Positions 1 through 11,249 of a stretch of 64,000 nucleotides of DNA are shown in pieces. The DNA comes from an uncultured Gemmatimonadales bacterium (GTDB lineage: Bacteria; Gemmatimonadota; Gemmatimonadetes; Gemmatimonadales; GWC2-71-9), in assembly GCA_963844035.1 (NCBI GenBank), contig CAWJMT010000004.1, forward strand, positions 96,001 through 160,000, written 5' to 3'. The notes beneath the pieces are model-generated. The model had not been told where the DNA came from, did no database searches, and worked only from the letters and a program-made list of their open reading frames with translations. The number at the start of each line of letters is the position of its first letter. Within the stretch, counting starts at the first letter, position 1. The position numbers were made by a program, and so were the translations under genes.

Positions 1-626
1 ACGACGCCCATCGACGCCCGCTGCAACTACTGGGGCTCGACGAACGGACCGTCGGGACCGGGGCTGGGCGGGACGGGAGACGCCCTGGTTGTCGAGACCG
101 GCGCGGCGCGCCCCGCGTGGGCGCCCTTCCTCACGCGGTCCGACGCGGACAAGCGGCACCACGGCCACCGTGACAAGCACCATGGCCACGGTCGGCAGAA
201 GTGCCAGCTCGAATTCACCGCGAGCTTGAGCTCCGCCGAGGAGGTGCCGACCAACACCAGCGTCGCCACGGGCAATTCGATCTTCTTCACCAGCGACGGT
301 GACTCCGTGCGGTTCCGCCTCAAGGTCGCCAACATTCAGAACGTGCTGCAGGCCCACATCCACGTCGCCGCCACCGGCGTGAACGGGCCGGTCGTGGTGT
401 TCCTGTATCCCGCCGCTCCACCGGCGGTGCTCATCCCGGGCCCGTTCGACGGTGTCCTCGGGGAAGGCACGTTTACCGCCGCGAACCTGCGGGGTTCGCT
501 CGCAGGGATGACGATCCCCGACCTGCTCGCCCAGATGCTCGCGGGTAACACGTACGCGAATGTCCACACGAGCCAATTCACGGGCGGGGAGATCCGCGGA
601 CAGATCCGTCAGAGGACACATGGTGA
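1..626 (+). CDS. CHRD domain protein, 5'-partial; His-rich linker precedes the CHRD domain; 3' end uncertain
   Basis: Frame +1 is open from base 1 (IDARCNYWGSTNGP...KRHHGHRDKHHGHG). CHRD motifs follow: LSSAEEVP, AHIH..G.NGPVV, YANVHT..F.GGEIRGQI. Read-through to 894 overlaps the next gene, so an indel near 620 is likely. Confidence 0.8.
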
Positions 627-770
627 GGAGCGGACCGCGAGCCGGCCGGGGCGGTGCCCCGGGGTCTCGCCAGCGCCGGGGTTTGTGGGCACCTGCCGGC
701 GCGGAATTGATGACAGGGGTCCGCCGAGCGTACCTTACACTTTCGCCGCAACCGACCTGGAGCCCGCTCC

Positions 771-1064
771 ATGCCCGTCACGGCGAAACTGTCCCGGAAG
801 TTCTACGAGCGGTTCGGCGACGAGCTCACGAATGAGCTCGTGGAGTGGTTCAATCAGGTGGATGCGACGTACAAGTCCGATCTTCGGGAGCTGAACGAGC
901 TCAACTTCAGTCGCTTCGAGGCGAAGCTCGAGGCGGCTGTGGCTCGTCTCGAAGGCGGCTTGCTGGCACGTATCGGCATGGTTGAGGGGCGCCTGACCCG
1001 ACTGACGGTGCTGTTGTGGGCAACGCTCGCCGCCACTCTGATCGGACTCCTCAGGCTGCGCTAG
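771..1064 (+). CDS. Small coiled-coil protein with C-terminal TM helix (DUF1640-like)
   Basis: GGAG before ATG; DLRELNELNFSRFEAKLE coiled coil; hydrophobic tail LTVLLWATLAATLIGLL. Confidence 0.65.
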   Translation: MPVTAKLSRKFYERFGDELTNELVEWFNQVDATYKSDLRELNELNFSRFEAKLEAAVARLEGGLLARIGMVEGRLTRLTVLLWATLAATLIGLLRLR

Positions 1065-1507
1065 CTCCCCACCGTCGCCATACACTCAATCTCCACACGC
1101 GCGCCCAGCGCGAGCCCGCTTCCCGCCACCGTCGAGCGGGCGGGCGGGTCCTTCGGAAAATAGGTCGCGTACACCTCGTTCATTTTTCCGAAGTCCCGCA
1201 TATCCGTCAGGAACACCGTGCACTTCACCACCCGATCGAGCGAGCTGCCGGCGTACACGAGCAGCGCTTTGACGTTTTCGAGCGCCTGCCGCGTCTGGCC
1301 CGCGATCCCGGTGTCGGCGAGCTGCGGCGTCCCCGGCACCAGGCCGAGTTGGCCCGAGAGGTACAGCATGTTGCCGACGCGCACCGCAGGGGAAAACGGC
1401 AACCCGGCCACGCGACCGGGCGGCTGGACCACCTGACGGTCCTGCGCGCCTGCGATGCGAGCGACGGCGACGGCGACGAACAGGAACAACCATACCGCGA
1501 CTCGCAT
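1061..1507 (-). CDS. RidA/YjgF family protein with N-terminal signal peptide
   Basis: PFSPAVRVGNMLYLSGQ, VVKCTVFL, MNEVYATYF, PARS, VEIE motifs; AGGAGG RBS upstream of ATG 1507. Confidence 0.9.
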   Translation of the reverse strand: MRVAVWLFLFVAVAVARIAGAQDRQVVQPPGRVAGLPFSPAVRVGNMLYLSGQLGLVPGTPQLADTGIAGQTRQALENVKALLVYAGSSLDRVVKCTVFLTDMRDFGKMNEVYATYFPKDPPARSTVAGSGLALGARVEIECMATVGS

Positions 1508-1633
1508 ACCGTCTCCTCCTTGGAATGCGCGGCTGAAGCCGCGACTCGGCTCTGCCGCTGAAGCGGCCCGTGTGGTCCGCCCGTTCACGGGCAGGTGCCG
1601 AGCCGCGAGTTCACTCGCGCCAGCGGGGCAAGA

Positions 1634-2831
1634 TCACTCTCGCCCGATGCGGGCCGCAACCATTGGCCACGCCAATGCCAGCGCGCCCGCGGCGGCAGCG
1701 CTGGTAAGGAACGCGAGGGTCGCGCCGTATCGCTGAAATACGGCGCCCAGCGCTACACCGCCGATCAGCGCCGCCATTCCCGTCACCCCGTGGTACGCGC
1801 CGAACCCGCTCCCCTGTCGGGCGCCCGCGAGCTTGGCCACCAACGCCCGCTCGGGGCTCTCGGTGAGCCCGGCCACGACCCCCAAGGAGAGGAACAGCAG
1901 CCACGCCTGCACCGCCGTCTCCGCCACCGCAAACCCGGCGGCGACGAGAGCGTACGCCCCCCAGCCAAGCCACATGGTGCGCGCCGCGCCGATGCTGTCC
2001 GTCAGTGCACCCCCCACGAAGCTCGTGGAGGAGCGCACCACGTGCAGCGCCGCCCAGAGCAGCAATACCGACGCGACTGAGACGCCCATCTCCTGCGCGC
2101 GCAGAATGACGAGCGTCTCGGGCATCCGGAGGAGATAGAAGAAGGAGATGAGAAGGACGGCGGTCGGGCGGACCGTCGGTCGGGCGGTCGGTGGAAGCGG
2201 TCCGATAGCCCGCGGGGGTTCTGGGCTCCTGACCGCCTGACCGCCCGACCGCCCGACCGCCCATCACTGCGAGCACGAGCACCGCCACCCCCGGCACGAT
2301 GCTCGCCGCGATGACGCCACGAACGTCCGCTTGATGAAACGCCAGCAGATACCACGCGACCAGCGGACCAAGCACCGCGCCGAAGTGATCGAGCCCGCGC
2401 TGCAGCCCAAACGCGCGACCGCGCAGCGCCGCTGGGGTCGCATCGGCGATCAGCGCGTCGCGCGGCGGCGTGCGGAGCCCCTTGCCGAGTCGGTCCACCA
2501 CCCGGAGCCCAATCACCTGCCAGGCGGCGCCGGTGAAGGCGATCACCGGCCGCACCACGACCGCCGCGGCATAGCCGAGCACGACCAGCCGGCCGCGGCG
2601 CATGGGACGGTCGGCGAGCCGACCCGACACGAATTTCACGATCGCCGATGCGAAGTCCGCCGCCCCGTCCAACGCACCGAGTGTGACCGCGCCCGCGCCC
2701 AAAACACCCGTGACAAACGCCGGCAAGAGCGGGTACACCATCTCGCTGGCGAAGTCGTTGAGCAGCGAGACCAGCCCGAACAGCTTGACGGTGCGAGGGA
2801 GGCGGGTGGCGGACGGCCCCGCGCTACTCAC
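1634..2831 (-). CDS. MFS transporter (frameshift ~2140)
   Basis: SLLNDFASEMVYPLLP, GRLADR, DRLGKGLRTPPRDALIAD; C-terminal half lies in ORF 1634..2125. Confidence 0.88.
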
Positions 2832-4444
2832 CGAGGTTCAGCCCCCAACGAATCAGCGCGACGGGGAGGCCGCCGTACTGCAGAATCGATGCATGAAAAC
2901 GCGCGAGCGTGAAATCGGCGCCCTGGGCGGTACGATAGTCGTCCCGCAACTTGAGTAGCTCCCTGCGGCCGACGGCGTAGCACAGGGGATACACCGGCTC
3001 GGCGCAGTAGCGTCGCACCTCCGCCTCGGCGTTGGCGCGGTCCAGGTGCGCCACATCCACGAGCTGATCCACCGCGTGCTCGAACGTCATCGCCCGGGTA
3101 TGCAGTCCCACGTCGAGGATGATGCGCACCGCGCGCCACAACAGGTGCACCCGCTGAAAGAAGATCTCCTCCTCCGACGAGTAGAATCCCTCGTCCCCCA
3201 TCATTTCCTCGCAGTACAACGCCCATCCCTCGACCGTGAGCGGCGTCCATACGTACTTGCGCACGGACGACGCCTGTTGCTGCGCGTGGACCAGCTGGAG
3301 ATGGTGCCCGGGGTAGCCCTCGTGCAGGGCGGTCGCCGGGAGCTCGTAGCGGCAATGGTCCCGCAACACGCGCTCCTGCTGTCCCGGGCCCAGCCGGGGA
3401 TCGGGAACGGTCACGTAGAACCAGCCGGTGCGGTCCGTCGAGTAGGGCCCGGGACTGTCGTAGGCCGCGAAGGGAATGAGCGGCCGCATGAACGCGGGGG
3501 TCGGCACCACGTCGAGCGGCGCGTCGGGAATCGCTGCCAGGCCGCGTGCCGCCACGAAATCCCGGGCGCGCGCCATCTCCCGGGCATAGCTCTGCACCAG
3601 CGTCTCGGCGGTGGGATGGTCGGCCCGCAGCCGGTCGACCACCGCATGCCAGCCTCCCCCGTCTTGTAGCCGGCGGGCGCGCGCCGCGAGATCGGCCTCG
3701 ATCTCCTGTTGGAGGTGGTGACCGTAGCGCCACAGCTCCGGCGCCGTGTCGCGCAGCGCGTGCTCGAAATGAAGCCGGAAGTCGAAGTTGTCCTCGCCCA
3801 GGGCGAACGAGTCTGACCCCGTGTCGAGCCACCGGCCCAGGTCGCTCTGGAATGAAGCCAGCGCCGCGACGCTCGCGTTCGCGGCCGCGCCGAGCCGCGC
3901 CGCCAACGCCGGCGACTCGCCGGCGACCGTCGACGCCACCTCCCGGACCAGCTCGGTGCCGGCCTCGGCGACCCGCAGCGCCGTTTCCGCAAACAGGCGC
4001 ACAGGCTCGGTGATCGCGGCGCGCGCATCGTCGAGGAACGCCGGCACGTCCTCGAGCCGGCCGAGCACCGCGGCGGCGCGTTCCGCCGCGCTGCGGTCGC
4101 GGCGCTGCATCAGGACGTGCAGTCCCCCGAGCAGGTGCGCCAGCCAGAAGCCGGGATTCTTTGCCTGCGCGCGCTCCCGCTCGAACCGCCGCAGCGTGAC
4201 GCGGATCTCATTCAGGAGCGCGGTGCGGTCGATCTCCTCGTCGAGCCCGTCGGTCTCCGCCTCTTCGAGCGCGGAGGCGATGGCCCGGAGCGCCGCGAGA
4301 TGGGGGGCGAGCGCCGCGGTGCTGTAGCGGCCGTAGCGGTCGATCGTGCGTCGTGACGCCCGCCTGCGTCGCGGCGACTGGATCGAGACTCCAGCGGACG
4401 TCCCGGTACGAGCGCTCGAGATCCGGAAACGCTCCTAGGGGCAT
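2824..4444 (-). CDS. DUF885 family protein (putative metallopeptidase; frameshift ~4345)
   Basis: HEGYPGHHLQ, EGWALYCE, VRRY, FH..IL..GGLP motifs. Confidence 0.88.
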
Positions 4445-5665
4445 ACGCCCTTCAGCAGCTCGCGGCACTCCTCGTCGGTCAGCACGTGATCGCCGCGCTT
4501 GGCCGCGTCGAGCAGGACCTTGCACGCCGCCGCATCGTCTGCGTCGTAACCGTGCGTCTCGAGCCAGTGCTTGACGTTGGAGAGTCCGGAGAGCGGCGAA
4601 ATCTCGATTTTCTGCGACAGCCCGAGCTCCTCGGCAGGAATCGCGCTATACACGCGATTCGCCAGCCAGTCGTCACCCTTGCGCTTCGCCTTGATGATGG
4701 CGGCCGCGTGCACTCCGGTTCCGGTGCGGAACGCGTCGGCACCGAACACAGGATAGTTGGCGGGGATCGGCAGGCCGACGGCTTGGGCCGCCAGCGCGCA
4801 GTATTCGGGGAGGCGCGACAGGTCCCGCCGGTGCGCGCCCAGCAGGTTCAAGTTGACGAGCAGCAGGTCCATCTCGGCGTTCCCGACCCGCTCCCCAACG
4901 CCGAGGGCGGTAGCGTGGATCCGGTCCGCGCCCGCAGCGATCGCCGTCAGGCAGTTGACCAGGCCGAGGCCGCGGTCGCGGTGGCCGTGCCAGTCGAGCT
5001 TGACGCTCCGCCCGCGGATCACGTCCTGCCGCGCGAACTGCACCAGCGCTCGAACACCTTCCGGCGTCGCGTGACCCACCGTGTCGCACAGGCAGATCCG
5101 AGTGGCACCGCAGTCGATCGCCGCTCCGTACAGGGCCCGCAAGGTCTCGGGCCGGGCGCGGGTCGTATCCTCGGTGACGTACATGACCGGCAGGCCATGC
5201 CCGACGGCGTACGACACCGCTTCTTTCGTCGCCTGGAGCATGTGCTCGAGCGTCCAATCCTCGGCGTATTGCCGGATCGGCGATGACCCGATGAACGCCG
5301 CCACCTCGATCCGGATACCCAGCTCGTCCGCGATCCGCACGATCGGCTCGACGTCCGCAATCACGGTACGCGCCGCGCAATTGGGCGCGATGGGAAGGCG
5401 CTGGTCCCGGATCTCCTGGGCCAGGGCCCGCACGTGCTCGACCGCCCGCGGCCCGGCGCCCGGAAGCCCGATGTTCGCCGCCCCGATTCCGAGGTCCGCC
5501 ATCAGGTGCAGCAGGCGTTTCTTGACGTCGAGGGACGGATCCCGGACGGAAGGGGATTGCAGCCCGTCGCGCAGCGTCTCGTCGTCCAGCTCCACGCTGC
5601 GCCTGGGTCCAATCGAACGCGGGTAAGGCCTGGTTCCAATCGTAGATCAAGGCGCGTTCGTCCAT
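4435..5665 (-). CDS. LeuA/homocitrate synthase-like HMGL-fold enzyme without regulatory domain (frameshift ~5600)
   Basis: DETLRDGLQ, CDTVGHATP, HGHRDRG, GVGERVGN, GVHAAAI. Confidence 0.85.
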
Positions 5666-5754
5666 GAAGAAAGTGTCGCCTGGGGTGGGGGAAGAGGGAA
5701 GGGGGACGGGGGAAGGGTGGAGCAGCATTCTGGAAAACGGCTAGTTTGGCACGG

Positions 5755-6976
5755 ATGAACGACGTGATTGCAAGGCTGTCGGCGCACGAGCGGATTCGCG
5801 CCGCGCGCCATCACATCGAGCGCACCGACGAGGTAACGCTCGCACGCCAGGCGGCCCTGTCCGCGATCCCCGCGCCCACCGGCGCGGAGACGCAGCGCGC
5901 GCGCGCGGACGGCGGAGCTGTTCCGCGAAGTAGGCCTGGGCAACGTCGTGATCGATGAGGTGGGGAACGTACACGGATGGTTGCCGGGGAACGGACAACG
6001 GGCGACAGGGAACGGCTCGGCCCCCGTCGTGGTCGCCGCGCACCTCGACACGGTGTTCGGGCCCGAGGTGCGGGTGGCGGTCGAGCGCCGCGGAGAGCGA
6101 CTGGAAGGCCCCGGTATCTCGGACAACGCACGGGGCCTCACGGCGCTCGTCGCCGTCGCCGACGCCTTGGTGCGGGCCCGGGTCCACACCGCGCGTCCGG
6201 TACTGTTCGTCGCGACGGTGGGAGAGGAAGGGTCGGGCGATCTCCGGGGGGTCAAGCACCTGTTGAACGGGAAGAACGGCGACACCCCCACCCCCGCCGC
6301 CTTCATCGCGCTGGATGGCGCCGGGCTCGAACGCATCGTCCATCGCGCGCTCGGGTCGCGGCGCTACCGCGTGACGTTCCGCGGACCGGGAGGCCATTCC
6401 TGGGCCGCGTTCGGCGTGGCGAACCCCGCCAACGCGGTGGGCCGCGCCATCGCACTGCTCGCCGACCTGCCGATCAAGGCCGAGCCCCGCACCACGTGCG
6501 CCGTCGTCCGGATAGGCGGAGGCACCGGGCTCAACTCCATTCCGCAGGAAGCGTGGGTGGATCTCGACCTGCGCAGCGAGGACCCCAAGGCCCTGGCGCA
6601 GATCGACCTGACCGTCCGCGCTGCGCTCGACCGCGCCGCGGACGACGAAAACCGGCGCCGCGTCCCCGGCAGTGCGGCGCTCAGCGTCCACATCCAGCTG
6701 GTCGGCGACCGGCCCTCGGGGGTCACACCGCGCACCCATCCCCTCGTCCAGGTCGCCGTGGCGGCGAACCGCGCGCTCGGCCGTGACGCCGAGCTGGCCA
6801 GCGCGTCCACCGACGCGAACGTCGCGATCGCGCTCGGCATACCCGCGATCGCCCTCGGCGCGGGGGGCCGCGCAGGCGACGCACATCTCACGACAGAGTG
6901 GTATGAAAACTCGGACGGCGCGTTGGGAGTGCTGCGGGCGTTGCTCGTGACCGCGGCGATGGCCGAGGTGGTGTGA
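5755..6976 (+). CDS. M20/M25/M40 family metallohydrolase (frameshift ~5905)
   Basis: IPAPTG.E, DEVGNV, AHLDTVF, GPGISDN, VGEEG.GDL, GGHSW, STDAN. Confidence 0.9.
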
Positions 6977-7311
6977 CGCGCGCGGCCCCCCTTCTTGCCA
7001 TCGCACTCCTCGCCGGATGCCAGAGCGGCACAGGGGCAGACTCTCCGACACTGATGGTCAACAACGCGAGTACGGTTGCGTTCTCAATTACGGTCGTCTA
7101 CCCGGGCGGTCAGGCCGCGTTCGGCTCCGTCGCTAGTGGGGGGCAGCGCTGCCTTACCCTCCCGGGTTACGACAGCCTGTATGTGGACGTGTCCGGGGGG
7201 CGGGGCACCCCGTGGTTTCATCCTGCACAGTCGTCGGGGTGGGTTCTCACGATCAGCGGGTCGAGCTCCGCCTACCACGTCATTCTCGGGACGGGGAACG
7301 CGTGCAAATAG
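6973..7311 (+). CDS. Hypothetical lipoprotein
   Basis: GTGA overlap with the upstream stop; lipobox LLAGC. Confidence 0.6.
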   Translation: MTRAAPLLAIALLAGCQSGTGADSPTLMVNNASTVAFSITVVYPGGQAAFGSVASGGQRCLTLPGYDSLYVDVSGGRGTPWFHPAQSSGWVLTISGSSSAYHVILGTGNACK

Positions 7312-7328
7312 AATTAGAACGCTCGGAG

Positions 7329-8120
7329 CTACCTCTTCACCTTTTCCTGAAACAATCGCGCCACCCGGACCACGAGGCCCCGCGGCGAGAACCGGATGGC
7401 GAACGGCGTGAGACGATTGAACAGGCCTGGCAGCACCATGCGCTGTCCGCGCATCAATCCCGCGTACCCTGCCCTGGCCACCGTACCCGCATCCATCGTT
7501 ATCCCCGGCAGGTTGAACAAGCGCGTGGTCTGCATGTGGGCTAACGCCTGGAACTCCGTGGGCGTGGGCCCGGGGCACAAGACCGTCATGGTCACGCCGG
7601 AGCCGCGCAGCTCCTCCCCTACCGCCTCAGACAGGGAAATGACGTACGCCTTGGTCGCGTAGTAGACCGACATCAGCGGACCGGGTGGGAACCCCGCCGT
7701 GGAGGCGACGTTGAGTATCCGCCCGCGGCGGCGTGCGAGCATCCCCGGAAGAAAAAGCCTCGTCAGGGCGGTCAGGGCCGTGACGTTGACCTCGATCATG
7801 CGGCGTTCAGTCTCGAGATCGGTCTTGGCGAACGGGCCGAGCTCGCCGAACCCGGCGTTGTTCACGAGGACGTCCACCGCGACCGACGCGGCCGCCAGCT
7901 GGCGCTCGATCTCGGCGGGCGTCGTGGGGTCCGCCAGATCGGCGCCAATCGCCCGGTAACTGATCCCGTGCCGGTGCGCGAGATCGTCCCCGAGGGCCTC
8001 GAGCCTCTCACGCCGCCGGGCCACCAGCACGAGGTCGTAGCCGTCCCGCGCGAACAGCTTGGCGAGCTCCAGGCCGATCCCACTCGACGCGCCGGTGATG
8101 AGCGCCGTTCCGGCCGTCAT
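7329..8120 (-). CDS. SDR family oxidoreductase
   Basis: TGASSGIG, NNAG, YYATK. Confidence 0.95.
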   Translation of the reverse strand: MTAGTALITGASSGIGLELAKLFARDGYDLVLVARRRERLEALGDDLAHRHGISYRAIGADLADPTTPAEIERQLAAASVAVDVLVNNAGFGELGPFAKTDLETERRMIEVNVTALTALTRLFLPGMLARRRGRILNVASTAGFPPGPLMSVYYATKAYVISLSEAVGEELRGSGVTMTVLCPGPTPTEFQALAHMQTTRLFNLPGITMDAGTVARAGYAGLMRGQRMVLPGLFNRLTPFAIRFSPRGLVVRVARLFQEKVKR

Positions 8121-8584
8121 GCCGGGCTCGCCGGGCTCAACGCCCGCACCGCCTCCATCGCTTCCGTGCTGTGACGCGTGACCAGGAGCTGGGAGGAGTA
8201 GATGTGGCGCACGATACCGGCCGGATCAATCACGTAGGTCACGCGTCCCGGCAGAATTCCCAGCGTCTTCTCGACGCCGTACAGCTCGCGCACTGCGCCG
8301 GCACGGTCGCTCAGGAGCCGGAACGTGAGTCCCTCGCTCGCGGCGAAGCGGCGGTGCGACGCCACGGAATCCGAGCTGATGCCGATCACCTCGGCGCCCG
8401 CCTGTTGGAAGTCGTCGTACGCACTCTGGAACGTCCGAGCCTCGATCGTACATCCGGGCGTGGCATCCTTGGGATAGAAGTACAACACGACGGCGGTGCG
8501 GCCCAGCAGCTGCCGCAGCTGCACCGGCTTCCCGTCCTGGTCGGGCAGGGTGAAATCGGGCGCCGCGTCGCCGACCTGGACCAT
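8117..8584 (-). CDS. bcp: Peroxiredoxin (BCP/PrxQ family)
   Basis: VGDAAPDFTL, YFYPKDATPGCTIEA; appears fused to the upstream gene in the ORF track only because of an indel. Confidence 0.9.
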   Translation of the reverse strand: MVQVGDAAPDFTLPDQDGKPVQLRQLLGRTAVVLYFYPKDATPGCTIEARTFQSAYDDFQQAGAEVIGISSDSVASHRRFAASEGLTFRLLSDRAGAVRELYGVEKTLGILPGRVTYVIDPAGIVRHIYSSQLLVTRHSTEAMEAVRALSPASPA

Positions 8585-10162
8585 CAATGCGCCGGCCCCG
8601 CGCCCTGCATCCCCCGGTTGCGATGCATGAGCAGCAGCAGCGGGAGGGACAGCACGAAGACCGCTCCGAAGAGCAGGAACAGCTGTTCGAACGAGAGCAT
8701 CAGCGCCTGCCGTGTCACCATGCCGTCTATCACCTTCAATGCGGCCCCGTCGGCGAGTGCCGGCGGGCGTGCCATGGGCCGTCAGGTTCGCGGCGATCGC
8801 CGCCATCCGCGCCCGTGTCACGTCGCTGTACAGCGACACCTGGGCGATGAGGTCGCCCCGGTGGATCGCCTGGAACCGCTGGAGCAGCGTGGCCGACACG
8901 GCGATCCCGACGCTGCCGCCGAGCTGGCGCATCAGGTTGAAGAGGCCGGTGCCGTTGGGGATCTTGCTCATGGGCAGGTCGGCGAGCGCGAGGTTCGTCA
9001 GGGGAACGAAGATCAGGCCCAGGCCCACGCCGCGGAAGATGAGCGGCCAGAAGAAATCCGCCATGCCGCTCTGCATCGTGAAGTGGCCGTGCTTCCACAT
9101 GGAGAGCGCGAAGATGAATACGCCGGCCATGATGGACAGCCGCGCATCGAACTTGCCCGTCAAGCGACCCATCACCGCCATCGTAAATGCGCTCGCCAGC
9201 GCGCCGGGCAGGATGACGAATCCCGTCTGCTCCGCTGTGAACCCTTGGAGGCTCTGGAGGTACACGGGAAGCACGAACACGGTGGCGTAGAGACAGACGC
9301 CCAGGATCCCCCCGAACACCACCCCCACGGCCAGCTGGCGGCTCGCCAGGATCCGCAGATCGACCACCGGGTGCTCGGTCGTGAGCTCGTGCCACACGAA
9401 CACGATGAGCGATGCCGCGCTGACGAGCCCCAAGGCGGTCACCATCCCTGAGTCGAACCAGTCGAGCCGCTCTCCCCGCTCGAGCATGGTTTGCAGCGTC
9501 CCGATCCCCAGCGCGAGCAGCAGCAACCCGATGTAGTCCACGCGCTCGGCCCGCTGTTGGTAGCCCGAGTTCTGGATGAACGTGAGCGACAGCGCCAGCG
9601 CCAGCATCCCGAGGGGGAGGTTGATGTAGAAGATCCAGGGCCAGCCGAACGCGTCGGTGATGTATCCACCGAGCGTCGGGCCCAGGGTCGGCCCGACCAT
9701 CACCCCCACGCCGAAGATGGCCATCGCCGTGCCGTACTCTTCGCGGGGAAACTCCTCGTACAGAATCGCCTGGGACGTGGCGAGCAGCGCCCCGCCCCCC
9801 AGCCCCTGGATGATGCGCCACACCACGAGCGACTCGAGCGTGTGCGCGTTGCCGCAGAAGAACGACGCGATCACAAAGATCGCGATCGATCCGGCGAAAT
9901 ACCGGCGGCGCCCGAAAAATGCCGAGAGCCAGCCGGTGATCGGCAGGATGATGACGTTGGCCACGATGTAGCCCGTGGACACCCAGGCGATCTCGTCGAG
10001 CGTGGCCCCGAGGTTCCCCATCATGTGCGGGATCGCCACGTTCACGATGCTCGTGTCGAGCAGCTCGAGCACCGACGCGAGCGACACCGTTACCGCGATG
10101 AAATAGCGGTTGCGGTACCGGTCCGGGACGGTGGATGGGACGGGAAGAGCAGCGGTCGCCAC
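8584..10162 (-). CDS. emrB: DHA2 family efflux MFS permease, EmrB-like (frameshift ~8760)
   Basis: LDTSIVNVAIP, WVSTGY, GPTLGG, WPWIFYINLP, RQLGGSVG. Confidence 0.92.
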
Positions 10163-10169
10163 CGACGCC

Positions 10170-11231
10170 TTACCGCGTTTGAATCGTCACGGTGACGCTC
10201 ATCCCCGGGCGCAGCGGGTGGGCGGAGTCCACGGCCTCGGGCCGGATCCGCACCGGGACCCGCTGGACCACTTTGGTGAAGTTCCCCGTCGCGTTGTCCG
10301 GGGGCAGCAGCGAGAACCGCGCGCCCGTGGCGGGCGAAAGGCTCTCGACGTGGCCCGTGGCCCGCAGCCCGGAATACGCATCCACCGTGAACTCGACCGG
10401 GTCGCCGGGCTTCACGTGCTCGATCTGCGTTTCCTTGAGGTTGGCCGTGATCCACACGTCGTCGAGCGGGACCACGCTCATCAGCGGCTGGCCCGGCTGC
10501 ACGAGTTGCCCCACCTCTACCCCCTTCTTGCTCACGACGCCCGAGGCTGGGGCGATGACCCTGGTGTACGAAAGGTTCAACGCCGCCTGGTCCCGCGCCG
10601 CGCGCATCGCGCCGACGCGGGCGTCCGCCGCCAACAGCGCCGCCTGGGCGGCGGCGAGCGCCGCGTCAGCTCCGCGGGCCGCCGTCTCGGCTGCATCCAG
10701 CTGCTGCCTGCTCACGATCTCCTGCTCGGCGAGCGGCCGAAGGCGATCGAGGTCGGCTTGCGCCTTGGCCGCGTTGGCCAGCGCCTGCTCCACCTGCGCT
10801 TCCGCCTGCCCTACCCGCGCCCGGTTGTTGACGCCCGCCAGCGCCACCGCCAGGTCCGCATCCGCCTGGATCAGACGAACCTGGTAGTCGCGGTCGTCGA
10901 GCATGACCAGCGTATCGCCGGCGGTGACGTGCTGGTTCTCGATCACCCGCACGGCGACCACAAAGCCGCCCACCTTGGGGAGAATCGGGATGATGTGGCC
11001 GTCAACCTGCGCGTCGTCCGTCGTCACGTGGGTCCGTCCGAGCCACCAGCGGTGCGCTCCGACGGCCAGCAGGCCGGCGAGCGCCACGCCCATGATCGCG
11101 AAGGCGATGCGGCGGCGGCCCCCGGGCTGCGGGGCGGCTGGGGTCACCGAAGGGCTCATGTCGCGTCGCGCCCCGGGTGTGGGAGCTGTTTCGGGTACCG
11201 GCTTGGCTGTCGTGGCCATGGCATCACTCAT
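10170..11231 (-). CDS. emrA: HlyD family secretion protein, EmrA-like
   Basis: TDDAQV, FSLLPPDNATGNFTKVVQRVPVRI, LRPGMS. Confidence 0.93.
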   Translation of the reverse strand: MSDAMATTAKPVPETAPTPGARRDMSPSVTPAAPQPGGRRRIAFAIMGVALAGLLAVGAHRWWLGRTHVTTDDAQVDGHIIPILPKVGGFVVAVRVIENQHVTAGDTLVMLDDRDYQVRLIQADADLAVALAGVNNRARVGQAEAQVEQALANAAKAQADLDRLRPLAEQEIVSRQQLDAAETAARGADAALAAAQAALLAADARVGAMRAARDQAALNLSYTRVIAPASGVVSKKGVEVGQLVQPGQPLMSVVPLDDVWITANLKETQIEHVKPGDPVEFTVDAYSGLRATGHVESLSPATGARFSLLPPDNATGNFTKVVQRVPVRIRPEAVDSAHPLRPGMSVTVTIQTR

Positions 11232-11249
11232 GTCGTTGGGTGTATCGGG

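Noticed and set aside
8117..10162. Apparent EmrB-peroxiredoxin fusion (681 aa)
   Set aside because: Caused by an indel near 8760. The true EmrB C-terminus is in another frame and stops at 8584, overlapping the Prx ATG.
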